Origin: Selaginella moellendorffii
Lineage: Eukaryota > Plantae > Lycopodiophyta
Assembly: GCF_000143415.4 (NCBI RefSeq)
Contig: NW_003314341.1
Coordinates: 308,991 to 372,990, forward strand
DNA: 64,000 nt
Direction: 5' to 3'
The position numbers and the translations under genes were made by a program. The notes beneath the pieces are model-generated. The model was not told the DNA's origin and made no database searches. It saw only the letters and a list, made by a program, of their open reading frames with translations. Of the stretch, positions 38,698-51,798 are shown in pieces (position 1 is the stretch's first letter; each line of letters opens with the position of its first letter).

Positions 38698-39585
38698 TTA
38701 TTCACTATAAGATGACCAAATAGATTGTCGCTTTTCTGCCCAATAAAACATTGCATTTCCACTTGGCTCCATAACAAAAGCACACGTAGTTAATCCATTT
38801 GGAATATAAAAGTTAATACTCCATAAAACAATACCATTAACTCCATATAAAACAAGATTACCATCTAATTGTAATATTAGAATGCAATTAGACCCTTTTG
38901 TTCCACTACTCCATCGAAATGAAACTGAAATAGTTTCAATTGAAAATATTTTTAAAGCACAATTTGAGTCTAAAATAAAAATAAATTTATTATTAATAGA
39001 ATATAAAGCAGAACCAGGATATAAAGTGGTATGAACTGAAGGGCCAGTTTCAATAGAATTTTTATATGGCCAACAATTATTTGGATTCCAAGGAGAATTG
39101 ATTTGCAAAACATCATAATAGTTATTCTTTAAATTCAATATTGATAATGGTCTGAAATTGTTTGTAAAGTATTTCAATATAAAAATATTAGAAACCCCTA
39201 TTATAAATTTTGAACCAGATATGCTTTCCATGGAGTGAACAATATCATTACATGCTTTTAAAACTTCATTACTAGAAATTACAATTTTTCCAGGTGAAGC
39301 ACTACAAGTACCTCCAATAAAATTATGTATAAAAAGGCTTAAAAATACTGAAACACCATCAATAACAATCATTCTTATAGGAAGAGCATCGCCAGATCTA
39401 TATTCTTGATTTAGACTAATAGATGTTCTATAGTAATCAATAAGTTCTGTTATAATTAATCTAACCTCGCCATTTTTAAAGAACCCGAGGTTATCTTCAT
39501 CATATTCAAAATTTACTGTACTTCCATATAGAAGGTTAAAGTTATTGCAACATAACAAAATGAAGTATAATTTTTGTTTTGTCAT
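38698..39585 (-). CDS. Intronless, probably secreted protein with a C-terminal bulb-type (GNA-like) lectin domain, 295 aa
   Basis: Hydrophobic N-terminus; TLYPGSALYS..FIFILDSNCALKI..WSSGT..LILQLDGNLVLY..VLWS with the QxDxNxVxY mannose-binding motif; uninterrupted ORF. Confidence 0.82.
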   Translation of the reverse strand: MTKQKLYFILLCCNNFNLLYGSTVNFEYDEDNLGFFKNGEVRLIITELIDYYRTSISLNQEYRSGDALPIRMIVIDGVSVFLSLFIHNFIGGTCSASPGKIVISSNEVLKACNDIVHSMESISGSKFIIGVSNIFILKYFTNNFRPLSILNLKNNYYDVLQINSPWNPNNCWPYKNSIETGPSVHTTLYPGSALYSINNKFIFILDSNCALKIFSIETISVSFRWSSGTKGSNCILILQLDGNLVLYGVNGIVLWSINFYIPNGLTTCAFVMEPSGNAMFYWAEKRQSIWSSYSE

Positions 39586-39736
39586 TGTGAACTTCAGGTT
39601 TAATTTCTAATTGTATTCAAAAGAAATAAAATCTAAAAATAATTTGAATATTTGATTTTAATGGTAGTGTTAAAATAGTATTCTTCATTTCTTTTCTATT
39701 TTATAAATTATTTTTATTACACCATTGATGCAAAAA

Positions 39737-40960
39737 TGTCTAGCATTCCTAAAGGAACTAGTCAATGTGGTGGCTAAGAAGTCCCTCCTCGGCCATGGCT
39801 TCATATATACGACGAGGACCTCTCTCACAAACGTTTTGAGCGTAGTGTTGGATTTCACCATCAGCAACAAGAAGTAGAAAAGAGGTGATTAGGTCTACGG
39901 TTTCAGTGTGAGGAAGAGCAAACGGATGCGGAGGATATGCGCAACAAGATGAAAGAATGGAGGTGTTTGACAAGAGGCCAGTGGTCTTGATCATCATCAG
40001 AATGGTGCTCTCCCACCAGGTTGAGAATTTCCTTCTTTGTTCTCCTCCGTTGCGTAGGCAGTGGGAAGATGCTGCTGATGCATCACCTCGTCTGGAGATT
40101 CACGCCATGAAGCAGTGGCCCAGAGTACTGCAACAGACTGAATGGACATCGCTCAATCTCTTCGCGACGAAGATCGATGAGGTCAGTTAGTTTTTTGACT
40201 TAAAAACAAAAGAATTCCTATTGGTTTTGTTCTTAGATCGTGGAGAAGAGAGACAACGAAGTGGACTACGTGCTCATCTACACTCCCGGACAGATAGAGA
40301 TTTTTACTTGGTCTGCGTCGGGAGCAATCGTCACAGAGGCCTTTGCGTGCACCTTTCCATCGTCCGTGATCTGCGTTGTGGACATCTTCGGTCAGCCCAG
40401 TTACATTCATGAGAAACATGCTCTCCGCCTGTAGCATTCTCTACAAGATGCAGCTGCCTTTCATTCTCACCTTTAACAAGACAGGTGTGTGAAGCAACCG
40501 TTTTCTGTTGAGGTACCTTCCTACTTGCCAGGTTGAGGCGCGTGTTTTTAAAGAATGATTTCTTGGTGCAGTGAATGAAAGACTTAAAGGCTTTTCAGTT
40601 AGCAGTTATGCTGCGTCTCTCTCAGCAAGAGCATGTGCTTGGTTTTGGATGAGTTTTACAACAACTTTATATCGGTGGGGGATCACAGGATCTGGAATGA
40701 TGGGGTTTTCACTGAGTACAGGACAAACTATTTGTAAATCTTTCTTCGTATTTTTTTCTCTTTGGGTTTATCAAACGAGCATGTTTGAGTAGGGTGGAGC
40801 TCGAGAAGAAGAAAACCGAGAAACTCAGGCTTGAAGAGACAAGCAGACATGGATCGGCTCCACGAGGACATTGAACAGTCAAAAGGAGGCAAGGAGGTTT
40901 TGAGCACCAAATCCAGGAAACAAGAAGACAAAAACGAGGAAGACAACTGAGCACTAATAG
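39737..40960 (+). pseudogene. Fragmented spliced gene of unknown function
   Basis: GC-richer coding-like segments (39957-40181, 40237-40434) join in frame across a 55-nt GT-AG intron (40182-40236); several stops; no recognisable motif. Confidence 0.4.
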
Positions 40961-42744
40961 GTAGAGTTGTATATAAAAAAGCTTGCACGATATGATTATG
41001 GAAATGTTTTTGTTTCCTCTCTCTGGTTGCCAATGTTGCTAGTTCTAGAGAAGCGGTAGTGATGGTAGTGGATGAATATCAAATATAATATTATAGTCCC
41101 ACTTCAATGAAAGGAGCTTTAAACAAGAACAAAAAACTGTTCCACAAGCTGGAGATTTCATAAGAGTAGGAAATGCTATGGCTGCAACTGCAACTGTGAA
41201 CAAGGGACAACACATTCTGAGCTTGGCATTAGCAGTGGAACTTATATGTAACCAAAAACTGAAACTACAATGTCACCCACAATAAATATAACTACAACAA
41301 CAATTACAACAATGAATAATAGTGGAGGATGTGTGTGACAACTTTGATTAGACACTAGTGTGTTAGTTCTGTTTCTTTCTACTTTGGTAGAAATTGCTTA
41401 AAATTGTAAAACATTATTTTTAAATTACTTCTTACAATTTTGAAATTAAAACTACCACTATCAACAATCTGATTGATTTTAGGGGATTTTAGGGGATTTT
41501 TGGATATAGTGGCAAGGATTGTTATCACAACAGTGGAAGGTGGCTGCATCAACACCACATCACTCTCATTCTGCTTGGTTGCTTGGATGTTGGGTGGGTC
41601 AGATTGACACAGAGCTGCATGGTGGAGATATTTCAGATCTTATTGTGATAGAGCTTCAATTGAGGGGGTTTGTGCAAACAACCTAAGTTTCTTTGAAAAT
41701 GGGGCATATTTCGAAGTGGTCTAAAACATTTTCACAAACAGGTGCATGCTTTAGCAGCTTATATTGGAAGAGGGTCACACCCCAAGGTTTCATCATGATG
41801 TGGCTTTGGAGAAGTTAGTTGAACAAAAAATGGCTCAATATGTTGGCAGTCGAGAGGAAGAGCATCCTAGGAAGAGTCTTGCGTTCCCTAGGGCATAGTG
41901 GTGGCTCTAGCTTCATGAAGGAGTCACTTGGGAGGAGAAGGGACCAAGAGCAGTGTGGAGGCTTTCGTGCTCAAGAGAGTTTCACTTGAATTTCACTTTG
42001 TACTTTTTTTAGTCCCTAAAAGGACATTGAGTAATGGATGTTTTGAAATTTAAAATTTTTAATAAAAATATTTACATACTATTTATATTTGCATCACCTT
42101 TGTAAACCCATTATAAAACTTTATCAATCATACTATACTAAAAGCCATCAACAAAGATTGCAAAACCTTCTTCTGTGACATCTAGTCACTCATTGATATA
42201 ATTTGAATACTTTGAAGCTTTAATGAAAATCTCAGCTAATCAATTCATATATGTTTTTCCTTCCAAAGTAATGCCATTGGATGATGTAAGGATAGCTTAA
42301 TTAATTAGCAAGTCCACCCATGTAAACCAATAAAAATAGTGCATCTATCTATACTCGTAAAGAGCACCCTAACATATTAAGCATGAGCAAACTCACTAAT
42401 TACCTTACTCAAATGGATTCATTTCAGTGGACATTCGACAACTTCCCCTCCACATTTGCTCATGCTTATTCATCTGTCATCCTCTTTTGTCCCACCTGTA
42501 GAAGTGTGGTCGGGTGTGTTACCTGGCACCATCCCATAAAAACATCATCATAAGAAAACCGTAGCCAGGTGTTTAAGTGAAGCCACCCCTTGTTATTGGT
42601 ATCAACACCAATGAGACCATTGGACTAAGTAAATTTATTTCAATCACAAGGGTATTCCAGCAAGGGCAATAAAAGTAGAGGCAAGGAGCAGGAAGAAAGA
42701 ATCCACCCTCCTTGTGCTCTCACAACTAGATAGAGTTAGTTTTC

Positions 42745-43480
42745 TATTTTTAGATTAAATAACAATAGATTGTTGTTTATCTGCCAAATAAAAAATTTCA
42801 TTTCCACTAGGCTCAATAACAAAAGCACAAGTATTGGGAATATAAAACTTTATACTCCAAAGAAATACCATTAACTCCATATAAATAAAATTACCATCTA
42901 ATTATAATACTAGAATAAATAGTCCCTATTGTTCCACTACTCCATTGAAAAGGAACTGCAGTGGTTTTGATCGAAAATATTTTGTATGCACAATTTTATT
43001 CTAAATTAATAGAATACAAAGTTGAGCCAGGATACAATATGCTATTGACTAAAGGTCCAGTTTCAATAAAATTCTTATATGGTCAACAATTATTTGGATT
43101 CCAAGGGATGTTAATCTGCAAAGGATCATAATTATTCTTATAGTTATGTATATTTAATTAAAATAATGATAATAGTCTAAAATTTCTTGTAAAAATCCAA
43201 CGTAAATTCCTTGGTGAAGTAGTACAAATATCTCCAATGACATTATGTTTAAAAAGACTTAAATTAACAACAATAAATTTTATAGGAAAAAAGTATCCTA
43301 ATTTATATTCATGTGATAGATTAATAGATGCTCTATAATAGCCAATAAGTTCAATTATAATCAATTCAACCTCACAATATTTACAGAAACCGTGGTTATT
43401 TAAATTATATTCAAAATTTACACACATATAAATAGAAAGTAATTCCAATATAATAAAATTAAATATAGTTTTTCTACTTT
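42745..43480 (-). pseudogene. Pseudogenised paralogue of the 38698-39585 lectin gene
   Basis: VNFEYNLNNHGFCKYCEVELIIIELIGYYRASINLSHEYK matches VNFEYDEDNLGFFKNGEVRLIITELIDYYRTSISLNQEYR; PWNPNNC* and L*LDGNF show stops and frameshifts. Confidence 0.85.
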
Positions 43481-46400
43481 TAAAAAATTATTTAATATTT
43501 AGTTATTTTCAAATAATTTTTTAAAAATATATTACTATTTTCTGTTTCATGTGCAAGATAAGAGTCAAAATAGTATTCTGAAAAATTAATTAATATCTTC
43601 TTTTCTATATGATGTAATCTATCCATCTCATATTTAAGTGATATTTAATTGGGCATAAATAATGACTATCTGGGATTCTTTACTGAGGAATTTTACCTTA
43701 GTTAGTTACCTTAGTTTAGTTTATACCATTTTGCCTCTCTATTAATAATTCCAGTGATATAATTTCAGTAACCTTGTCTTGAGTTCCATGGGTGCTGCAA
43801 GCTCCACTGCAAAGTGCTGTCCATGGGATTTGACAGGGAGGATTGCTAGGATATGGGGCCTGGGTGTTGTGAGCTCCATTGGAGTACTGCCCAGAAATAG
43901 ACCTTCAATGTGTTACAATTACTTCCTATTTACTATTGCCATTTTATTGCCTATCACTTTGTGCCAGGCTAAAGCACGAAATCAAAAGACACTCTATTCC
44001 TTTTCAGTGATATAAATTATGGGAAAATCACTTAGAACTTTAAACTCACTTACATGATAGGCACTTCTTCAGCTTTCATGCTACCTCTCTCAAGTTGAGT
44101 GAGGTGCTTATTGAGCTATTGCATGGTCTCAACTTCATAACCTGGCACAAAAATGGAAAGGAAGCTAGTTATTAATGAAGATTAGAAGGACCAAAGTGAT
44201 AAATTGCAATGAGAACTTTTCCTTGAGGATTTCATAAATTTTTAACTATCCACTTGTAAGGTCCCATCCCATGCCTCTTAGTTGAGCACAAGTGTATAGC
44301 AATCAATTTGTAGCAAGCAGCCTCAGTGCCTTAACATAAAATAAGCATAAGGTAGAGAAAAGCTTACATAAGGTTAACATATGAGTCCATGTTATAAAAA
44401 TAATTACATTTTGATTGCCTAAGGAACCAAAATGTGTGTATGGGTATGGCATGAGGTCCTACCATATTAGTGTGACACATTAGACTGTCATGCCACTTAA
44501 TCTTGCCATGCAAGTACATGTAATGTTACATGAAATCTAGCATGGGTTTTTTTGTTTTTTGCACTGCATTTTCTTCCTTCTTGTCCGGCCAAGAGCAACA
44601 ACTTTCGCACAATCTTGGCCACTCTATGTGGGCAGCCATGGTGGGTGTCAGCTTGATCAAATGAGCACTCGCTCACTTGGTCTCACTGCAGGTAGCAGTG
44701 GGTGTGATGTGGGCACTTCAAGAGCAAAGGACTTTCTTCGGCTAGCAGTGTGGGCATCATATGGGCACTTCAAAAGCAAGAGCACATGAGCAGTTTCATT
44801 CATTAGGATTTGGGTGAAAGGTCTTTATGTATGGATGGCTGTGACTCTTGTTCTTTCATGTGTTGGGTGTGTTGTGCTATTCTGTGCAACATGGGTGTTC
44901 TTGCATACAAGCACATGCAAGAGAGAGGTGTTGAGCATGGACTTCAACATGTGGCAGTTGGAGCACTGCATTGGATTGTTGGCTAAGGCCTTTTTTTTTA
45001 CTCAAGGACAATACAATCACAATGCTATGTGTGTGTTTCTCCAAGTGAGGTAAGCTTCCTTTGTTTAGTTTTTATTTTTGGCATAAGCTTCACACTCATT
45101 GTAGTGAGTGCAATCTCAAGCATTAGAACATTACACTTGCACATAAGTGACTAACAATTCCATATGTGTTTTTCAATTCTCTCCATGATAGTTATATAGG
45201 TGTTTGCATGTTGTGGAAGGGGCACATAAGTGATGCCCTCTACTTTGCTCAATTTCTTGGCCTATACACATTAATGGCCACACTTTCATAGACACACTTT
45301 TGTGCTAGTCCCTTACTAGTAAGCTTGGTAAACGATGTGAAGTTATGTATTGTGTAAAGTGTGAATGGAGATTGGGGGATGCAATGTTTGTTGATAAACC
45401 ATGCATGGTTGAGTTCATGTGTGGAATTATTGGTAAATGTGTGGCATAACAAAAATTTTGCCCATTAACACACTTCCTTTTTTTAGGAATTTTTTTTCCC
45501 AACACATAGTTTTCACATTTTATCCTTTAGTGATTTACCATAGAATTACCACGCAGTAGAACTTTAACCCTCTATGTGCCATATGCCATGTGTTCAAAGA
45601 CAACAGAATGAAACATGAGTTTTAGGGCTTTAGGCCATTAAACAAAGGAATGGAGCCAAACTTCTAAATATAGAGCCAAAGAGCAACATAAGCTGGGAAG
45701 CAAATATTAGAACTTTTGTAACAGCACTTTGGCTTAGGAGAGATTGTGAATCAAGAGTATATAAATCTAAAAGAATACTAGAGAAAGAGAGATAGGTAAC
45801 TTACATCCTCCCTTTGAAGAAGAAGAAAGCTTGAGTGTGTGTGGCTCCCCAAAAATTTACACGCATGCCTCATATGTTAATTCCATTTAGTCCTATTAGC
45901 TATTTATGAAAATTATCTAGATCTACTAGTTAGGCATATTTATGGAATGTAGAGATTGTTTGAACACAACGGTGTTGTTCCCATGACCAAATTCACAATC
46001 TAACACCATTCCATATTTAGTAATTTTCTATGATTGTCCTAGAAACTAACTCTTGAGACTGGGGTAAAAGCCCAAAACATGAGTTCCTCAAGAGAAGGGG
46101 AAGGGAGTTTCAAATGTATAGTAGAGATAGTGGATAGGTTGGGATGGTCGACCAATTTGAGGTATAGTGTAACTTTTGCTTGCATGTCTATCTTTATTTT
46201 GCATCCGACTTGGGTCTAAGCCTAATCTTCATACCATGTTAATTGGTGAAGTACCTATATCTTCGCATTATGCCACTAGTATACTAAAATAGCACTAGAT
46301 TCTATTTGGCACCATTTTGCATATTGGTCTTAGCATTAGGATGCTAGAGGCTCATAGTGAGGATGTTTTGTAAACACAATAAGCTATTATTTGGTGATAT

Positions 46401-46599
46401 TGAGGGATTAATCTTAATATATAAGGGTTCTTGTCAAGTTAGTATAGATACTAAACTTAATTTACTAACACTTGAATAAGAGGGGTTGAAACGGGAACCA
46501 ACAATAACAACCTCTTGCCATTGTGACAATAAGGAAAAAATATTTAAAAGGACTCGCCGACAAATAACTTTTAATACCTATAATCATATTTGTGATACT

Positions 46600-46780
46600 C
46601 TCCCCTGCTTAAAGAAGATTGACATCCTTGTCAATGCACACTCTAATCTAGACCACCATGAAGGAAACATATCTAGAAAAAGTTTATGGTGTTCATATTT
46701 TAAAAGAAATGCACCAACTTAAATGAGTTAGGGGGCAATCTCTCTATCTAATGCAAATACACTACAACATTAAACATCAA
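46600..46780 (+). pseudogene. Possible Ty1/copia RNase H remnant
   Basis: AHSNLDHHEGNISRKSL..NAPT*MS..AISLSNA resembles YSDSDWAG..SRKSTSG..APISWxS..ISLSSxEA; very decayed. Confidence 0.35.
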
Positions 46781-48172
46781 ACAACTTAACTTAAACAAGG
46801 AAATGATCAATGGAGTCAATCACCATTGCTACTTTGAATGTCATCTAGCTTATAAAAGATGATATGCCCCTATTTGTAGGTGATATAGAGAGAGAAGCCA
46901 AACCTCATGAGTAAATAAACTAAACCTATCAGTACGGTATAGATAGACTACTATAAATAGGTAGTTAGAGTTGTTTACACAATTATACCCTTTTAATGAA
47001 ATAAGGAATATCGAAAGAAAGGTGGGTGATATGGCCAATTTACAGTAATTACCCCATGACTAAATATTTCACTATGTATATGAAGTGTTGAAACTAATTT
47101 GCTTATATAGGCCCAAACCTAAATATCAAAAGATGGATAATATCAAAGTCAGATACAATGATATCTTAGAGACTAAATTATCTGTGAATAAATCTTAGAT
47201 GAGAACACAAAAGTATTCCAAGAAAGTTATCATCCAATAAACTAGAATTAGAGTATAAGAACCACCAAGATCACTATAGTTTAAAGGTGTAGGATTAACC
47301 AACAAATTCAATAGTAAGTGTATCATCAAGAAAAAGTTAATGATAAAGCTTAACTACTAAAAATTGTAGATAATATGCCAAACAACTTACAAAAGATAAC
47401 TAGAAAAACACAAAGTATCAATGACTAATAAGCAAAATGCTTGCAAATATATCACCGGAAGGAAATAACATCCTAATCTAATAGTAGAACAAAATGAATA
47501 TCACAAGGGCTAATAAACACTTGTTCATGCTAACTATTGCATCAGTTAATCCAACTAGGTCTTGATCAACAACACTAAGAAAATAAAGTTGATCAAACAA
47601 GCATCTATAGCATCCTACCGATATCTCAAACCCAAGAGACCAATCCAAAGCAAACCACAAATAACATATATTAATGCAAAAAGCCAAAAACCATCAAAGA
47701 AAACAACTAACCTGTAAGGAACCAACTCCCCGAAGTGTCATAGGCTAAAGGATCCCTGAAAGCACAATTGAAATGATAAAGAGTTCATTGGATGGGACTG
47801 AGTCTGAGATTGAGTTCAAGACCGACTCTGAGACCGAGTCTATAAATAGAGTTCGAGATCGAGTCCGAGGCTGATTCCAAGACCAAGTTCGAGACCGAGT
47901 TTGAGACCAATGTGAGACACAAAATCCCTAGGCCCCAAAGTGGAGCCGGAAAGGGTGCCACGTGGTAGTGGCCGAAGCGAAAGCCAAACGAGCATAACAC
48001 GTTTGGACTAAAAGCTCCGACTTGGAAGGTCGAGAGCGGGAGTGGAACTCCCAACAAAGTGCTCGAGGAGCAAGCATGAGGCAACCAAAAAGCAAGGCTC
48101 CAAAAAGGGACCCAAAAAGGACTAACACATGACACGTGGAAGTGTCCGAGATGGAGTCCGAGGCGGACCCGA

Positions 48173-48765
48173 TGTAAGCTCCTGAGTTTGGACTTCCCGG
48201 GAGGTCACCCAACCTAGTACTATTCAAACCCAAGGACGCTTAACCCCAAATATCCCAAGACCCTTAACCGATTGGAAAAGGGGGTGCACTCTTGTTCATG
48301 GGCCCTTTCCCTCTATATTTGAACCCCATGGATCGTCTCTCAAGTCGTTCCCTTTGGTTGCTTACAATTCACCATGCTTCCCTGCAAGTTCACGCCCTCG
48401 TGAACGGAAGCTGAGAGCCGTAGCTCTCCCGAGAGCCCCGCTCTCTTGACACCCTACCCCTCGGGTCGAGCCCAGCGGGAGCAAACTGGACCAACCAGAT
48501 GTCAATCAACATGTGGTGTGATTCCCTTAGCCAACCAACAGAGTTGGACCCGAGACCTCTCTGATACCAAATGTAAGCTCCTGAGTTTGGACTTCCCGGG
48601 AGGTCACCCAGCCCAGTACTATTCAGACCCAAGGACGCTTAACCCCAAATATCCCAAGACCCTTAACCGATTGGAAAAGGGGGTGCACTCTTGTTCATGG
48701 GCCCTTTCCCTCTATATTTGAACCCCATGGATCGTCTCTCAAGTCGTTCCCTTTGGTTGCTTACA
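48173..48765 (-). mobile_element. Complete Cassandra TRIM
   Basis: 194-bp LTRs 48173-48366 and 48572-48765 (3 mismatches seen), TSD CCCGA, PBS TGGTATCAGAG, 5S rRNA-derived segment in the LTRs. Confidence 0.95.
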
Positions 48766-48769
48766 CCCG

Positions 48770-49430
48770 AGGTGGAGTCCGAGATGGACCCGAAGTGGAG
48801 TCCGATATGGAGTCCAAGATGGACCCGAAGTGGAGTCTGATATGGAGTCCGAGATGGAGTCCGAGATGGACCCGAAGTGGAGTCCGATATGGAGTCCGAG
48901 ATGGAGTCTGAGATGGAGTCCAAGATGGACCCGAGATGGACCCGAGATGGAGTCCGAGATGGACCCGAGGTGGAGTCCGAGATGGACCCGAGATGGAGTC
49001 CAAGATGGACCCGAGATGGAGTCCGAGATGGACCCGAAGTGGAGTCCGATATGGAGTCCAAGATGGACCCGAAGTGGAGTCCGATATAGAGTCTGATATG
49101 GAGTCTGAGATGGAGTCCGAGATGGACCCGAAGTGGAGTCCGATATGGAGTCCGAGATGGAGTCTGAGATGGAGTCCAAGATGGACCCGAGATGGACCCG
49201 AGATGGAGTCCGAGATGGACCCGAGGTGGAGTCTAAGATGGACCCGAGATGGAGTCCGAGATGGACCCGAGATGGAGTCCGAGATGGAGTCCGAGATGGA
49301 CCCGAGATGGAGTCCGAGATGGAGTCCGAGATGGAACCGAGACTGAGGCTGAGACCGAGACCGAGACCGAGTCCTAGTCCGAAACCGGGACCGAGACCGA
49401 GTCCGAGTTCAAGCCCGAGTCTGAGTCTGA
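48770..49430. repeat. 11/12-bp minisatellite (GAGTCCGAGATG / GACCCGAGATG / GACCCGAAGTG) followed by GAGACC/GAGTCC hexamers within the 5' LTR
   Basis: Read directly; shorter arrays at 60355-60700 and 35625-35940. Confidence 0.95.
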
Positions 49431-51798
49431 ATACTAATACAGGCAGTTGGGTGAAAGCCCAAAGTGATCGTCCCCCAGGGGGGGGGGGGGGGGCTGCGGG
49501 GGGTTCCAAAAGTATAGTAGGGAGAGTGTGGGGCTTGGAGCCCAGTGGAGCCAGTTTGGCCAGGAAAGGCCAGTTTGGCCCAGGAAGGCTAGACCCAGTG
49601 TTGGGTGATGAGTTGACCACTGGGAAGTCCAAGACTAGAGTGAACACGGACCGATAAGTGGGGTACCTTGGTGAAGTGTTCAAGAGCCGGCTCTAGTTCC
49701 CCCGGGAGATCGACTGGCCGATGCTCCCAGTCCAAGTGTGGGTGGCACTACCTACTTGGATACTAGGCATGGCTCAATGGAACCTCGCTCTAAGCCCATG
49801 GCTAGAGCACCCAAGGGCGGAAGGCGGGGAGAGTACCCCGGTGGCTCGCGTAGGGCCACGGTGTTCCGAAATGTTGTCCCAAAGGCCCAGACTGTGGAAA
49901 GGAAGAGGAACAATCCTCTGGGGTAGTGACCAAGGACATAGTCGTGTGGTGAGGAAATCCCAAGGGATCATGGGACTTAGTGGTTGGGCCTGTGGGCCTC
50001 GATCCAGTGGCAGTGTTGGCAAACACGGCCAGGGGCAGAAAGGGACTTAGTGGGGACTGATAAAGGGATATTGGGGAAGGCTATTCCCCTTGTTGGTGGG
50101 CATCCTAAGGATGCTAAGGAGTGGATCTGAGATGACCACTCACGGATGGTTTGCCTAGTCTTGGAGAGCCAAGACTGTGATGCAAGGGGTATTGGACTAC
50201 CAGTGTGGCAAAGGTGATTGGGCATGGCCTTAGCGTAACAAGCTGCCATGTCAGTGGTACCTTTGAGTGTCGGTCATGGGATCGGACACGTGGAGCACTT
50301 GGACCAAATGCAAATGTTGAGTGGCAGGGATGCCATTCTCGGGGCTAGCAAGTCCCAAGTCCTGAATTGGACTTATGGAGGTTGTGAATGAGACTCCTCC
50401 AAGTGGTCGGAGGTGTGGTTAAGTGGCTAAAGTAGAATGGAAAATTTAGTCGCTTACAACTTGGTATCGGAGCTGTTCCTTAGTCCGACTTTTATTGGTG
50501 CTCAAGTATATCACCATTGATGTTGGCATTGGAAGGTCCTAGGAGTGGGCCTATCCTTGAGGAGTAGCATGTCGAGAGGACATGGCTCTCCACTCAAGTT
50601 CATGCGTGAACTTGGGCAAAATGTGGTGGATAGAAAAGGGCCAATAATGGAACGACTTTGGGATCTTGGGAACAGTATAAGGTCTCCTCAGAGGGCTGAG
50701 GATGTGATCCAAATGAGCGTTTGACGCAGCAAATGGGCTAATGTAGTTGTGATAAACAACTATAGATGGGATCACGGGAAAGATGTAGACTCCAAAACAA
50801 TAAAGGAGTCGCAAGATTATCCTCATATAGTTGAGGTTGGTACTCATGAATGTGAGACAAGAGGTAATGACCATGGGAGGTCAAATACGGAAGAGGACTC
50901 AAGTCCTTGAAATGGTAGTCGGGGCTACCTTTAATAAATGCTAGAACAACCCAAGGAGTTGGGGGGTGTACTTAAAGATGAGTTGGTATTCTCATCACAT
51001 GGACAAGTAGTCCTAAGGGGCAAAAGTTGGCCCCAGAGAACAAAATCAAGTGTCAGAGTAACACTTGTGAAAATAGTCCTTTTGAGTAGGACAGGAATGC
51101 AAGAAGTGTATTCCAGTGAGCTAGTGCCTCACAAGTAGGACCTTACGGGTCTATGGAATAACCAAGTCCAAAACTGCTGAATGACTCAAGTAGAGTCAAG
51201 GGATGGTCCTAAAAGGACTGATGGAAGCATTTGGACTGAGGTGTGTTGTACCCCACAAAGGATGGGGGGGGATCATAGGATCCAAGGATGAGAACAGAGG
51301 GTATCTCATTGATGTCAGGAATCCCCCAATTCTTGCCACATTCCTGACTCTCGCCGGATTCCTGACCTGCAGACCACATTCCTGATTCTCGAGACACTTC
51401 CCTATTCCTGACTCTCGAGACACTTCCCTATTCCTGACTCTCAAGACACTTCCCGATTCCTGAGTCTCGAGCCACATTCCTGATATTGATGTGGCGCCTC
51501 CTCTCGACCTCAGCTATATTTAGGCCGTCTTCGATCCAAGAGTGGTGGAGCTTCATCAACCTATAGTATATATAGGTTAGCCTTGTTCCATTTCTCCACA
51601 ATCTGAGTCAACACCAGTCTAAGGCCTCTTCTTTGTTTTCACTAGCTTTTTCTCTTTGTCTTTAGCATTTTCCAGTCTTGATCTTGTTGGGGGTCTTGAT
51701 AGTTTGATTCAGATTGTGGTTTTTGCTTTTCTTTTAGCTTGCTTTGATTATTTGATTGCCTTTGTCTTTTTCCCCCTTTCTTTTCTTTCTTCTTGCCA

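Noticed and set aside
44446-44467. Extra copy of the Sola palindrome outside the element
   Set aside because: Only the left half (ATGGCATGAGG) matches; compatible with chance.
48770-49340. CRISPR-like array, or the many MESEMDPR/GLHLG ORFs
   Set aside because: Contiguous 11/12-bp units with no unique spacers; the ORFs arise in all frames because the repeat lacks stop codons.
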